64,000 nucleotides of DNA, taken from assembly GCA_902533035.1 (NCBI GenBank), contig CACAKI010000003.1, positions 4,479 to 68,478 on the forward strand, given 5' to 3'. This document shows, one piece after another, positions 54,484 through 64,000 of the stretch. The stretch's first letter is position 1; the number at the start of each line of letters is the position of its first letter. The notes under the pieces are model-generated. The model did no database searches. It saw only the letters and a list, made by a program, of their open reading frames with translations, and was not told the origin of the DNA. The position numbers and the translations under genes are program-made. Origin of the DNA: an uncultured Bacteroidota bacterium (GTDB lineage: Bacteria > Bacteroidota > Bacteroidia > Flavobacteriales > TMED113).

Positions 54484-54942
54484 TTATTTTACTACTGGCG
54501 CTCCTCCAGATGGGGTTAGTATTGGGCTGTTATTTGATTCGCTGGCAATTATTTTTCCTTTTACTTTTACTATTTTTGGAGATGTTTTAGCATTAGATGT
54601 TATAGTAATTGTTTTTGTATATGGACCTACTCTTTTTTCATCATAATTTATTTTAATAACCGCTGTTTCTCCTGGAGCAATTGGTTCTTTAGGCCATTCG
54701 GGAACTGTGCAGCCACAACTTCCTTTTGCTTTCTCAATAATTAAGGGTTCTTTCCCTGTATTTGTAAATTTGAATTCACAACGAGAACTTTCATCATCAT
54801 ATTGGTTATAAGTTCCCATATCTATTAATTCTTTTTCAAAAGTTATTTCAGGAGCATTTGGGTTAACAATTATATTGTCTTGTGCAGTTATAAATGAGAA
54901 AAAACAAAATGCACAAATAGAAAGTATAAGTTTTAGTTTCAT
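54484..54942 (-). CDS. DUF1573 domain protein (exported)
   Basis: Signal peptide; F.FTNTG.EPL.I...SCGCT.P.W...PI.PG motif. Confidence 0.9.
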   Translation of the reverse strand: MKLKLILSICAFCFFSFITAQDNIIVNPNAPEITFEKELIDMGTYNQYDDESSRCEFKFTNTGKEPLIIEKAKGSCGCTVPEWPKEPIAPGETAVIKINYDEKRVGPYTKTITITSNAKTSPKIVKVKGKIIASESNNSPILTPSGGAPVVK

Positions 54943-54961
54943 TTTCTTTTTTTTAGGGATA

Positions 54962-54969
54962 CAAATCTA
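54962..54969 (-). promoter_or_regulatory. Bacteroidota -7 element TAGATTTG for DUF1573-aminotransferase
   Basis: Exact TAnnTTTG match on the minus strand, 19 nt upstream of the ATG. Confidence 0.6.
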
Positions 54970-55036
54970 ACTTTTTATATTTAATTAAACAAATTCAAAT
55001 TTCCGTAATGTGAACGGTAAAAACACATAAATATTG

Positions 55037-55044
55037 TAGATTTG
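55037..55044 (+). promoter_or_regulatory. Bacteroidota -7 element TAGATTTG for valS
   Basis: Exact TAnnTTTG match 17 nt upstream of the ATG. Confidence 0.6.
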
Positions 55045-55061
55045 TTGAATTCATATAAGTT

Positions 55062-57680
55062 ATGAAACAAAAAATAAGTAAAACATATAATTCGTTAGAT
55101 GTAGAAAGTAGATTGTATGACTTTTGGTTAAAAAATGATTTTTTTTCTTCTAATGTTGATAAAAAAAAACTCAATTATACTTTATTAATGCCTCCGCCAA
55201 ATGTTACAGGGATTTTACATATGGGGCATGTTCTTAATAATACTATACAAGATATATTAGTAAGACGAGCTAGACTCTTAGGCTTTAATGCATGTTGGGT
55301 TCCGGGTATTGATCATGCATCAATAGCTACTGAAGCTAAAGTTGTTGAAAAGTTACAAAAAGAAGGGATTTTAAAATCTGAAATTTCTAGAGAAGAATTT
55401 TTAGAACATGCTTGGGAATGGAAAGAAAAGCATGGTGGGATAATATTAAATCAACTTAAAAGATTAGGAGCTTCTTGTGATTGGGATAGGGTGAGATTTA
55501 CTATGGATGATGACATGTCAGAATCAGTAAAAAATGTTTTCATTGATATGTTTGAAAGAGGATTAATTTATCGTGGAGTGAGAATGGTTAATTGGGACCC
55601 AAAGGCCAAAACAGCTATTTCAGATGAAGAGGTTATTTATAAAGAACAAAATTCAGCTTTATATTATATAGATTATAAATTATTAAATTCAGATGGCGTA
55701 ATAACTATAGCTACTACAAGACCTGAAACTATTTTAGGTGACACAGGTATTTGTGTAAATCCGAATGACGACAGGTATAAATCTATAATTGGAAAAAAAG
55801 CTTTAGTTCCTTTGCTTAACAGAGAAATTCCAATTATTGCTGATGAATATATTGATCCAGAATTTGGAACAGGAGCCCTCAAGGTTACTCCAGCTCATGA
55901 TATTAATGATTATAAAATTGGAAAAAAAAATAACTTAGAAATCATATCTGTTATAGATAAAAATGGTTTAATTCATAAAGATGGTAAATTATATATAGGT
56001 AAAGATAGATTTGAAGTTAGAAAGCAAATCATTAAAGATATTGAATTGGCTGGTCAGTTAAGTAAAACTGAATCAATTAAAAATAAAGTTGGATTTTCCG
56101 AAAGAACAAATGTAGTGATTGAACCAAAATTATCTATGCAATGGTTTTGTGATGTTAAAGAAATTTCAAAACCTGCTTTAGAAGCTGTTTTGACTAATAA
56201 AATAAATTTCTTTCCAAGTAATTTTAAAAATACTTATAAGCACTGGATGGAAAATATTCAGGACTGGTGCATTTCAAGGCAATTATGGTGGGGTCATCGC
56301 ATTCCTGTTTTTTATTATCAAAATGACAAGTTTATAGTTGCGAAAAATAAGCAAGAAGCACTAATTAAAATTCATAAAATCAAAGGTCTTGAAGCTTTAG
56401 AATTATCAGATTTGAAACAAGATGAAGATGTGTTAGATACGTGGTTTTCTTCTTGGATTTGGCCAATTAGTGTTTTTGATGGTATTACTAATAAAAATAA
56501 TAAAGAAATAGAATATTATTTTCCTACGAATGATTTAGTTACGGGGCCAGATATAATATTTTTTTGGGTTGCTAGAATGATTATGGCAGGTTTTTCTTTT
56601 TATGATAAAATTCCATTTAAAAATGTTTATTTCACAGGAATAGTAAGAGATAAAAAAAGACGGAAAATGTCTAAATCTTTAGGGAATTCCCCTGATGCAA
56701 TTCAATTAATTGATAAATATGGAGCTGATGGAGTGAGATCTGGTATGCTTTTTTCTTCTAATGCTGGAAATGATCTTTTATTTGATGAAGGTTTATGTGA
56801 GCAAGGTCGAAATTTTTCAAATAAGATTTGGAATGCATATAGGTTAGTTGACTCCTGGAGTATTTCTAGTGATAATCAAACTAATATTAATGAAATTAGT
56901 GTAAACTGGTTTGATAATAGATTTTCTGAGGAATTAGCTAGCATTAATAAGTCATTTGAAAAATTCAGAATATCTGAATGTTTGATGAAAATTTATAAAT
57001 TAATTTGGGATGATTTTTGTAGTTCTTATTTGGAGTTAATTAAGCCAAAAAATCAAATTATCGATATCAAAACTAAGGAGAAAACAATTTATTTTTTTGA
57101 AAGGTTGATGATTGTTTTACATCCATTTATGCCTTTTGTTAGTGAGGAAGTATGGCAGAAACTTGAATCAAGAAAAAATAATGAAAGTATAGTATATGCA
57201 CAATGGCCAAAGGAAAAGAAAAAAAATACAAACTTATTACAATCCTTTTCTTTTCTATTTAAATTAATCTCTAAAATCAGACAAATAAGAAAAGAAAAAG
57301 GTGTGCCAATAAAATCTGATATTGAGCTTTTTTTAGAAGAAAAATTAGAAGATTCGCAAGTTCAAATTTTACAAAAAATGTGTTTTATATCTAATGTTAA
57401 TATAGTTCAAGAAAAGGTTGAAGGCGCTTTCCCTTTTTTATTAGAAACAAATAAATATTATTTAAAACTACCTTTCAATATTGATAAAGAAGAAGAGAAA
57501 ATCAGATTACAAAAGGAACTAGACTATCAAAAATCTTTCTTAAAATCTGTAGAGAAAAAACTATCTAATGAAAATTTTCTTAAAAATGCTCCTGAAAAAG
57601 TTTTGATGTTAGAAAAAAAGAAACATGAAGATACTCTAACAAAAATAAATTCTTTAACTCAACAAATTTTATCATTTTAG
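55062..57680 (+). CDS. valS: Valine--tRNA ligase
   Basis: [28 protein letters not shown] and C-terminal coiled coil. Confidence 0.98.
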   Translation: MKQKISKTYNSLDVESRLYDFWLKNDFFSSNVDKKKLNYTLLMPPPNVTGILHMGHVLNNTIQDILVRRARLLGFNACWVPGIDHASIATEAKVVEKLQKEGILKSEISREEFLEHAWEWKEKHGGIILNQLKRLGASCDWDRVRFTMDDDMSESVKNVFIDMFERGLIYRGVRMVNWDPKAKTAISDEEVIYKEQNSALYYIDYKLLNSDGVITIATTRPETILGDTGICVNPNDDRYKSIIGKKALVPLLNREIPIIADEYIDPEFGTGALKVTPAHDINDYKIGKKNNLEIISVIDKNGLIHKDGKLYIGKDRFEVRKQIIKDIELAGQLSKTESIKNKVGFSERTNVVIEPKLSMQWFCDVKEISKPALEAVLTNKINFFPSNFKNTYKHWMENIQDWCISRQLWWGHRIPVFYYQNDKFIVAKNKQEALIKIHKIKGLEALELSDLKQDEDVLDTWFSSWIWPISVFDGITNKNNKEIEYYFPTNDLVTGPDIIFFWVARMIMAGFSFYDKIPFKNVYFTGIVRDKKRRKMSKSLGNSPDAIQLIDKYGADGVRSGMLFSSNAGNDLLFDEGLCEQGRNFSNKIWNAYRLVDSWSISSDNQTNINEISVNWFDNRFSEELASINKSFEKFRISECLMKIYKLIWDDFCSSYLELIKPKNQIIDIKTKEKTIYFFERLMIVLHPFMPFVSEEVWQKLESRKNNESIVYAQWPKEKKKNTNLLQSFSFLFKLISKIRQIRKEKGVPIKSDIELFLEEKLEDSQVQILQKMCFISNVNIVQEKVEGAFPFLLETNKYYLKLPFNIDKEEEKIRLQKELDYQKSFLKSVEKKLSNENFLKNAPEKVLMLEKKKHEDTLTKINSLTQQILSF

Positions 57681-57684
57681 TTCT

Positions 57685-60600
57685 ATGTCTCAAACAGTAT
57701 ATAAACCAAAAAATAAGATTCGAATAGTTACTGCTGCTAGTTTATTTGATGGTCATGATGCAGCAATAAATATTATGAGAAGAATTATACAAGCTACTGG
57801 TTGTGAAGTTATTCATTTAGGGCATGATCGTTCAGTAGAAGAAGTTGTTAATTGCGCTATACAAGAAGATGTAAATGCAATAGCAATGACCTCTTATCAG
57901 GGTGGGCATATGGAGTATTTAAAATATATGTATGATCTTCTTCAACAAAAAAACGCTTCACATATAAAAATTTTTGCTGGAGGAGGAGGCACGATATTAC
58001 CAGAGGAGATAAAAGACTTACATGATTATGGAATAACAAGAGTGTATCATCCAGATGATGGGAGAAAAATGGGATTGCAGGGGATGATAAATGATTTAGT
58101 GAAAAAATCTGATTTTCCAGTTGGAAAAAACTTTAAAAATTGTATTAATGATTTGAGTTTAGATCAAAATATTTCTAGATTAATTTCTGCAGCTGAAAAC
58201 TTCCCTAGCCTAGTCAAAAAAGATTTAAAATTAGTTCGTGCGTTATCTGCTAAATCATTAGTCCCAGTTTTAGGTATTACTGGAACAGGTGGCGCTGGTA
58301 AATCATCTTTAATTGATGAATTGTTACGTAGGTTCTTATATGATTTTGAGGATAAAAAAATTGGTATTATTTGTGTGGATCCATCTAAAAGAAAAAGTGG
58401 AGGAGCTCTTTTGGGAGATCGAATTAGAATGAATTCTTCAAATAATTTTAGAATTTATATGCGATCCTTAGCTACTAGACAGGCTAATTTGGCTTTATCA
58501 GCTCATGTTAATGATGCAATATCAATATTAAAAGCTGCTAATTTTGATTTAATTATTTTAGAAACATCAGGTATAGGTCAATCAGATACAGAAATCTTAG
58601 ATCACTCTGATGTTTCATTATATGTCATGACACCTGAATATGGAGCCGCTACACAACTAGAGAAAATTGACATGTTAGATTTTGCAGATGTTATTGCTAT
58701 TAATAAGTTTGATAGAAGAGGTGCTTTGGATGCTTTGAGAGATGTCAAGAAACAATACCAGCGAAACAATCAATTGTTTGCTCAAAAAATAGCTTCAATG
58801 CCTGTGTTTGGAACTGTAGCTTCACAATTTAATGACCCAGGTCTTACTTCTTTATATAGTTATATACTTAAGAAAATTTCAGAAAATAATTTTTCAAAAT
58901 TTTCTTTATCTAATTCAGAAATTGAAACATACGATAGAATTTGTATTATTCCGCAAAAAAGAATCAGATATTTATCAGAAATTTCAGAAGAAAATAGAAA
59001 GTATAATATTTGGGTTGAAAAACAAAAAAATATAGCAAGTGAGATTTATAATCTGAGTTCAACAAAAAAAATAATTAAGAATCAAGGAGGGGATTTAAAT
59101 TTAGAAAAGAAAATAAAATCTATTATTTCAAAAAAAGAAAATCAGTTAGACTCTAATAATAAAGCATTGTTAAATAGATGGAGTGGGTTAAAAAAATTAT
59201 ATTCGAATTCAATCTTCAAGTATCAAGTTAGAAAGAAAGAGCTTTCAATCAAAACTTATACTAAATCACTCTCAGAATTAAAAATACCTAAAATTAGTTT
59301 ACCAAAATATAAAGATTTAGGTGATATTTTAAGGTGGCAATTACAAGAAAATGTTCCAGGTCAATTTCCTTTTACATCTGGTATATTTCCATTTAAAAGA
59401 GAGGGAGAGGATCCTACTCGTATGTTTGCTGGAGAAGGAGGTCCAGAAAGAACAAATAAAAGATTTCATTATTTGAGTTATGGGATGCCTGCAAAGAGGT
59501 TGTCAACTGCTTTTGACTCTGTCACTTTGTATGGAGGTGATCCAGATTATAGACCGGATATATATGGTAAAATAGGAAATGCTGGAGTTTCGGTTTGTTG
59601 CTTAGATGATGCTAAAAAATTATATTCTGGATTTAATCTAGTTAATTCATTAACATCTGTTTCAATGACAATTAATGGGCCTGCGCCAATAATTTTAGCA
59701 TATTTTTTGAACGCTGCTATTGATCAGCAATGTGAATTATATATTAAAAAACAAGGTCTTGAAAAAATAGTTAATCAGAAGATTAATAGAATTTATAAGA
59801 ATAAAAAAAGGCCAAAATATGAGGGTGAATTACCCATTGGTAATACTGGTCTAGGTTTGATGTTGTTAGGAGTGTCAGGTCAAGATGTGATAGAAAAAAA
59901 AATATATGATAGAATAAAAAAAGAAACCTTAAAAAAGGTTAGAGGAACTGTTCAAGCTGATATTTTAAAAGAAGACCAAGCTCAAAATACATGTATTTTT
60001 TCTACAGAATTTTCTCTAAAAGTTATGGGAGATATTCAAGAGTATTTCATTGAAAAAAATGTTCAAAATTTTTACTCTGTTTCTATTTCTGGGTATCATA
60101 TTGCTGAAGCTGGCGCAAATCCTATTACTCAATTAGCATTTACTTTAGCGAATGGATTTACTTATATAGAATATTATTTAAGTAGAGGAATGAACATTGA
60201 TCATTTTGCTCCTAATTTATCTTTTTTCTTCTCTAATGGAATTGACCCAGAATATGCTGTTATAGGTAGAGTTGCAAGAAGAATTTGGTCTAAGGCTTTA
60301 AAGTATAAATACGGGGGAAATAAAAGATCACAAATGTTAAAATACCATATTCAAACATCTGGTCGTTCTTTACATGCTCAAGAAATAGATTTTAATGATA
60401 TAAGAACAACTTTACAAGCTTTATATGCTATATATGATAATTGTAATTCTTTACATACAAATGCTTATGATGAAGCTATTACTACACCTACTGAAGAATC
60501 TGTTCGTAGAGCTGTTGCGATTCAATTAATAATTAATAAAGAATTAGGTCTTGCTAAAAATGAAAATCCAATGCAAGGATCTTTTATTATTGAGGAATTA

Positions 60601-61041
60601 ACTGATTTAGTTGAAGATGCTGTATTAAACGAATTTGATCGAATTACTGAAAGAGGAGGTGTGTTGGGAGCTATGGAGACTATGTATCAAAGATCCAAAA
60701 TACAAGAAGAATCTTTACATTATGAAAGTTTAAAACATTCAGGTGAATTTCCTATTGTTGGTGTTAATACATATTTAAATTCAAAAGGTTCACCGACTAT
60801 AATTCCTAAAGAAGTAATACGTTCAACAAAAACAGAAAAAGAAAATCAAATTTCTACAGTCAATAATTTAAAAAAGAATCATTCAAAGATGAGTGAGCTT
60901 CAATTAAATAATTTAAAAAAATCAGTTGTTCAAAATAAAAATATTTTTTCATCATTAATGGAAATCTCAAAGTGTTGCTCTCTTGGTCAAATTTCAGATG
61001 CATTATTTCAAGTTGGTGGTAGATATAGAAGGAATATGTAA
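57685..61041 (+). CDS. icmF: Fused isobutyryl-CoA mutase (B12 domain + MeaI GTPase + mutase barrel)
   Basis: FDGHD B12-binding motif, GTGGAGKS P-loop, [21 protein letters not shown]. Confidence 0.92.
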   Translation: MSQTVYKPKNKIRIVTAASLFDGHDAAINIMRRIIQATGCEVIHLGHDRSVEEVVNCAIQEDVNAIAMTSYQGGHMEYLKYMYDLLQQKNASHIKIFAGGGGTILPEEIKDLHDYGITRVYHPDDGRKMGLQGMINDLVKKSDFPVGKNFKNCINDLSLDQNISRLISAAENFPSLVKKDLKLVRALSAKSLVPVLGITGTGGAGKSSLIDELLRRFLYDFEDKKIGIICVDPSKRKSGGALLGDRIRMNSSNNFRIYMRSLATRQANLALSAHVNDAISILKAANFDLIILETSGIGQSDTEILDHSDVSLYVMTPEYGAATQLEKIDMLDFADVIAINKFDRRGALDALRDVKKQYQRNNQLFAQKIASMPVFGTVASQFNDPGLTSLYSYILKKISENNFSKFSLSNSEIETYDRICIIPQKRIRYLSEISEENRKYNIWVEKQKNIASEIYNLSSTKKIIKNQGGDLNLEKKIKSIISKKENQLDSNNKALLNRWSGLKKLYSNSIFKYQVRKKELSIKTYTKSLSELKIPKISLPKYKDLGDILRWQLQENVPGQFPFTSGIFPFKREGEDPTRMFAGEGGPERTNKRFHYLSYGMPAKRLSTAFDSVTLYGGDPDYRPDIYGKIGNAGVSVCCLDDAKKLYSGFNLVNSLTSVSMTINGPAPIILAYFLNAAIDQQCELYIKKQGLEKIVNQKINRIYKNKKRPKYEGELPIGNTGLGLMLLGVSGQDVIEKKIYDRIKKETLKKVRGTVQADILKEDQAQNTCIFSTEFSLKVMGDIQEYFIEKNVQNFYSVSISGYHIAEAGANPITQLAFTLANGFTYIEYYLSRGMNIDHFAPNLSFFFSNGIDPEYAVIGRVARRIWSKALKYKYGGNKRSQMLKYHIQTSGRSLHAQEIDFNDIRTTLQALYAIYDNCNSLHTNAYDEAITTPTEESVRRAVAIQLIINKELGLAKNENPMQGSFIIEELTDLVEDAVLNEFDRITERGGVLGAMETMYQRSKIQEESLHYESLKHSGEFPIVGVNTYLNSKGSPTIIPKEVIRSTKTEKENQISTVNNLKKNHSKMSELQLNNLKKSVVQNKNIFSSLMEISKCCSLGQISDALFQVGGRYRRNM

Positions 61042-62265
61042 TTAATATTTTAATAAAAAATTTTTAATTATTTTTTTCTTATTTATAGGTTGATTGTAGA
61101 ATTTACAGATTTTTTCTAGGAGTCGTTCTAAAACACTGTCAGGACAAGATGCTCCTCCGGAAATTAAAAAATTTATTACTTTCTTGTTTGGTAAATAATT
61201 TTTTTGGATTTTTTCTATCTTTTTTTTCATATCAAAGTGAATTATTTCATTTTCTGAGATAAGTTTTTTTTCTGAAGAAATGAAGTAAGTTCCAAAATAT
61301 TTTTCACATATTTTAACAAGCTGAGATGTGTTAGAGCTATTGTACCCTCCAGTGATAAAAGCTAAATCAATATTTAAATTAATTAATTCTTTTATGCTTG
61401 TTTGATTTTCGTTGGTAGCGTAGCACAAAGTGTCTCTTGTATTGGCTATGTGATTTTTAATGTGGGTATTTCCATATTTTTTTTTCATAATTTGTTCAAA
61501 AAAATATGAAATTTCTTGTGTTTCTTCAGCAAGCATTGTTGTTTGATTTATAACTCCAATTTTTTGAAAATCTTTTTTTGGATTGAATTTTTTAGAAAAT
61601 CTTCCTTTGAATGTTTTTTTAAAATCAGGTTCATTTGGATTTAATATATATTTTGACAATAATTTAGCTTCTTTTATATTTTTAATAATGATTCTAGGTG
61701 TATTATGTTTAAAGTTTGAAAAAGTTGCTTTTGTTTCTTCATGTTCAGGTTTTCCATGAATTAATATAGTATAATCTTTTTTGGCTAGGTCATTTCCTCT
61801 ATTCCAAACTTTTGTTACAAATGGACAGGTGGTATCATAAGATTTTGTTTCAATTCCCTTTTTTTGTATGATGCTCATATTTTCTTTAGTAGTGCCAAAT
61901 GCAGGGATAATAACAATGTCATTTTTTGTGACCTTATTCCAAGGTATAATTGTTTCCCCATTACTTTTTTGCAAAAATTTTACTCCTTTTTTCTTGAGGT
62001 CATTATTTACATTAGGGTTGTGAATAATTTCGCTAATTAAATATATTTTTTTTTGAGGGTTTTCTTGAATTGTTTTATAGCAAATTTCAATAGCATTTTT
62101 TACGCCAAAGCAAAAACCAAAATACTTAGGGATAAAAAAATTTAATTTTCCAATAGAGATTTTCGTTGGGCTGTAATCTGTTCTTTTTTCGTTTTTTGTA
62201 CGTATTTCTTTTAACTCAGATATTAGTTCCGAGTCATAATATGTAGGTAAAACAAAGTGTTTCAA
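61042..62265 (-). CDS. ispH: 4-hydroxy-3-methylbut-2-enyl diphosphate reductase (long form)
   Basis: Three cluster Cys in GFCFGV, DTTCPFV and DTLCYAT; IIHNP, HEET, SSNT, GASCP; TTG start. Confidence 0.94.
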   Translation of the reverse strand: MKHFVLPTYYDSELISELKEIRTKNEKRTDYSPTKISIGKLNFFIPKYFGFCFGVKNAIEICYKTIQENPQKKIYLISEIIHNPNVNNDLKKKGVKFLQKSNGETIIPWNKVTKNDIVIIPAFGTTKENMSIIQKKGIETKSYDTTCPFVTKVWNRGNDLAKKDYTILIHGKPEHEETKATFSNFKHNTPRIIIKNIKEAKLLSKYILNPNEPDFKKTFKGRFSKKFNPKKDFQKIGVINQTTMLAEETQEISYFFEQIMKKKYGNTHIKNHIANTRDTLCYATNENQTSIKELINLNIDLAFITGGYNSSNTSQLVKICEKYFGTYFISSEKKLISENEIIHFDMKKKIEKIQKNYLPNKKVINFLISGGASCPDSVLERLLEKICKFYNQPINKKKIIKNFLLKY

Positions 62266-62287
62266 AATGAATAGAGATAAATTTTTT

Positions 62288-62295
62288 CAAATATA
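62288..62295 (-). promoter_or_regulatory. Bacteroidota -7 element TATATTTG for ispH
   Basis: Exact TAnnTTTG match on the minus strand, 22 nt upstream of the start. Confidence 0.6.
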
Positions 62296-62343
62296 ATGAT
62301 TAATTAAATTTTAGAATTTATTTTTTAAACTTATCTAAGTTTG

Positions 62344-62351
62344 TATATTTG
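62344..62351 (+). promoter_or_regulatory. Bacteroidota -7 element TATATTTG for rpsA
   Basis: Exact TAnnTTTG match 26 nt upstream of the ATG. Confidence 0.7.
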
Positions 62352-62377
62352 CGGACTTGATTTATAATTAACTAAAT

Positions 62378-64000
62378 ATGATAGAAGAAAATAACGATAT
62401 TATAAAAGATTCTGAAGATGATAAAAATGAGTTAAATGAAGTGGCTGAAAAGGCTATTGTTAACTCTGAAGATTCTTTTAACAAAGATGCAGGCTCTGAA
62501 GAATTTGATTGGGAGAATTTCGAAAATGAACAAATGTATACTGAAGAGGAATATAAGAAATTAGAAGATTTATACTCTGAAACGCTAGCTTCTCTTAATG
62601 CAAATGATATTATAGAAGGTGTTGTTTTGAAGAAAACAGAAAAAGATGTGATAATTGATATTTCAGGAAAATCAGAAGGTGTAATATCATCTAATGAATT
62701 CAGATATAATTCTGAATTAAAAGAGGGTGATAAAGTAGAGGTAGTTATAGACAAGCAAGAGGATAAAACAGGCCAATTAGTTCTTTCACATAAAAAAGCT
62801 AGATATTTAAAGTCATGGAGTAGAGTTAATGAGGCTCATGATAATGGAGATATTGTAGATGGATTTGTTATGTGTCGTACTAAAGGAGGAATGATAGTAG
62901 ATGTTTTTGGGTTAGAATCTTTTTTACCTGGGTCTCAAATTGATGTAAAACCAATTAGAGATTATGATATTTATGTTGGAAGGAATATGAAGTTTAAAGT
63001 GGTTAAGATCAATCCGGATTTTCGAAATGTTGTAGTTTCTCATAAAGCTTTAATTGAGGCAGATATAGAAGAACAGAAAAAAGAAATTATTTCGAAGTTG
63101 GAAAAAGGACAGGTTTTAGAAGGTATTGTGAAAAATATAACAGCTTATGGTGTTTTTATAGACTTGGGAGGTGTTGATGGGTTAATTCATATTACTGACT
63201 TATCGTGGAGTAGGATTAATCATCCTAATGAGATCGTAAAATTAGATGAAAAAATAAAAGTTGTAATTCTAGACTTTGATGATAATAAAAATAGAATTCA
63301 ACTTGGTTTAAAGCAATTATTTAGTCATCCTTGGGAATCTTTACCAGATGATTTGAAGGTTGGGGATAAAGTTAAAGGAAAGGTTGTTGTATTAGCTGAT
63401 TACGGTGCTTTTGTAGAAATTCAAGATGGCGTTGAGGCTTTAGTACATGTTTCTGAAATGTCTTGGTCAGCTAATTTAAGATCTGCTCAAGATTTTCTTA
63501 ATATTGGAGATGAAGTAGAGGCAATAATTATTACACTTGATAGAGATGAGAGAAAAATGTCATTAGGAATTAAACAATTGACACCTAATCCTTGGGAGAG
63601 TATTGCAGAGAAATATCCAGTAGATTCAAAGCTTAAAGGAAAGATTACTAATTATACTAATTTTGGAGTTTTTGTTGAGTTAGAAGAGGGGATAGATGGA
63701 TTGGTTCATATATCTGATCTGTCATGGACCAAGAAAATAAAGCATCCTGCAGATTTTGTTAAATTAGGAGATGAAATAGAAGTGGTTGTTTTAGAATTAG
63801 ATGTAGATAACAGACGTTTGAGTTTAGGTCACAAACAATTACAAGAAGATCCTTGGAATGTATATGAGACGATTTTTACTTTAGAATCTATTCATAAAGG
63901 TGAAGTTTTGGATGTTTTTGATAAAGGAGCTACAGTTCTTTTTAAAGAACAAGGTTTGGAAGCTTTTTGTCCTGCAAGACACTCTTTGAAAAAAGATAAA
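62378..64000 (+). CDS. rpsA: 30S ribosomal protein S1 (runs off the window end; not in the ORF track)
   Basis: Manual translation from ATG 62378: MIEENN...EEFDWENFE...KSEGVIS.NEFRY...QEDKTGQLVLSHKKAR...FLPGSQIDVKPIRD...GVDGLIHITDLSW (repeated S1 domains). Confidence 0.96.
   Translation, partial: MIEENNDIIKDSEDDKNELNEVAEKAIVNSEDSFNKDAGSEEFDWENFENEQMYTEEEYKKLEDLYSETLASLNANDIIEGVVLKKTEKDVIIDISGKSEGVISSNEFRYNSELKEGDKVEVVIDKQEDKTGQLVLSHKKARYLKSWSRVNEAHDNGDIVDGFVMCRTKGGMIVDVFGLESFLPGSQIDVKPIRDYDIYVGRNMKFKVVKINPDFRNVVVSHKALIEADIEEQKKEIISKLEKGQVLEGIVKNITAYGVFIDLGGVDGLIHITDLSWSRINHPNEIVKLDEKIKVVILDFDDNKNRIQLGLKQLFSHPWESLPDDLKVGDKVKGKVVVLADYGAFVEIQDGVEALVHVSEMSWSANLRSAQDFLNIGDEVEAIIITLDRDERKMSLGIKQLTPNPWESIAEKYPVDSKLKGKITNYTNFGVFVELEEGIDGLVHISDLSWTKKIKHPADFVKLGDEIEVVVLELDVDNRRLSLGHKQLQEDPWNVYETIFTLESIHKGEVLDVFDKGATVLFKEQGLEAFCPARHSLKKDK

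Noticed and set aside
62368..62754. 128-aa Ser-rich minus-strand ORF
   Set aside because: Antisense shadow of rpsA, which the ORF track missed because it lacks a stop inside the window

Overview
Very AT-rich, gene-dense core-genome segment of a Bacteroidota bacterium, most consistent with a streamlined (probably marine) Flavobacteriales genome. This is inferred from the Na+-NQR operon, T9SS cargo proteins, TAnnTTTG promoters, lack of Shine-Dalgarno sites and Bacteroidota-type gene order. It holds nqrA(partial)BCDEF-apbE, murB, two glycosyltransferases, ftsE, gyrB, two T9SS-secreted surface proteins, mdh, secDF-tatA, a type II glutamine synthetase, a PorE-like OmpA protein, purM-prfA-pyrF, two amino-acid transporters, rpsU-xerC, tRNA-Thr/Tyr/Gly-tuf-tRNA-Trp-secE-nusG-rplKAJL-rpoBC, a CBS/CysK enzyme, lolC/E, namZ, an aminotransferase, valS, icmF, ispH and rpsA (partial). 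I saw no CRISPR array, mobile element or defence island, and no clear-cut new multi-gene system. The best leads are small: an NqrM-like Cys-rich peptide overlapping apbE on the antisense strand; two tandem 15-codon uORFs in front of a T9SS adhesin; a membrane-anchored RCK_C-only protein that looks like a K+ channel remnant; a boxA-like site plus terminator-like hairpin in a reduced tRNA-tuf operon; and 15-bp tandem repeats in both ribosomal stalk genes. All family assignments come from motif recognition by eye, not database searches.
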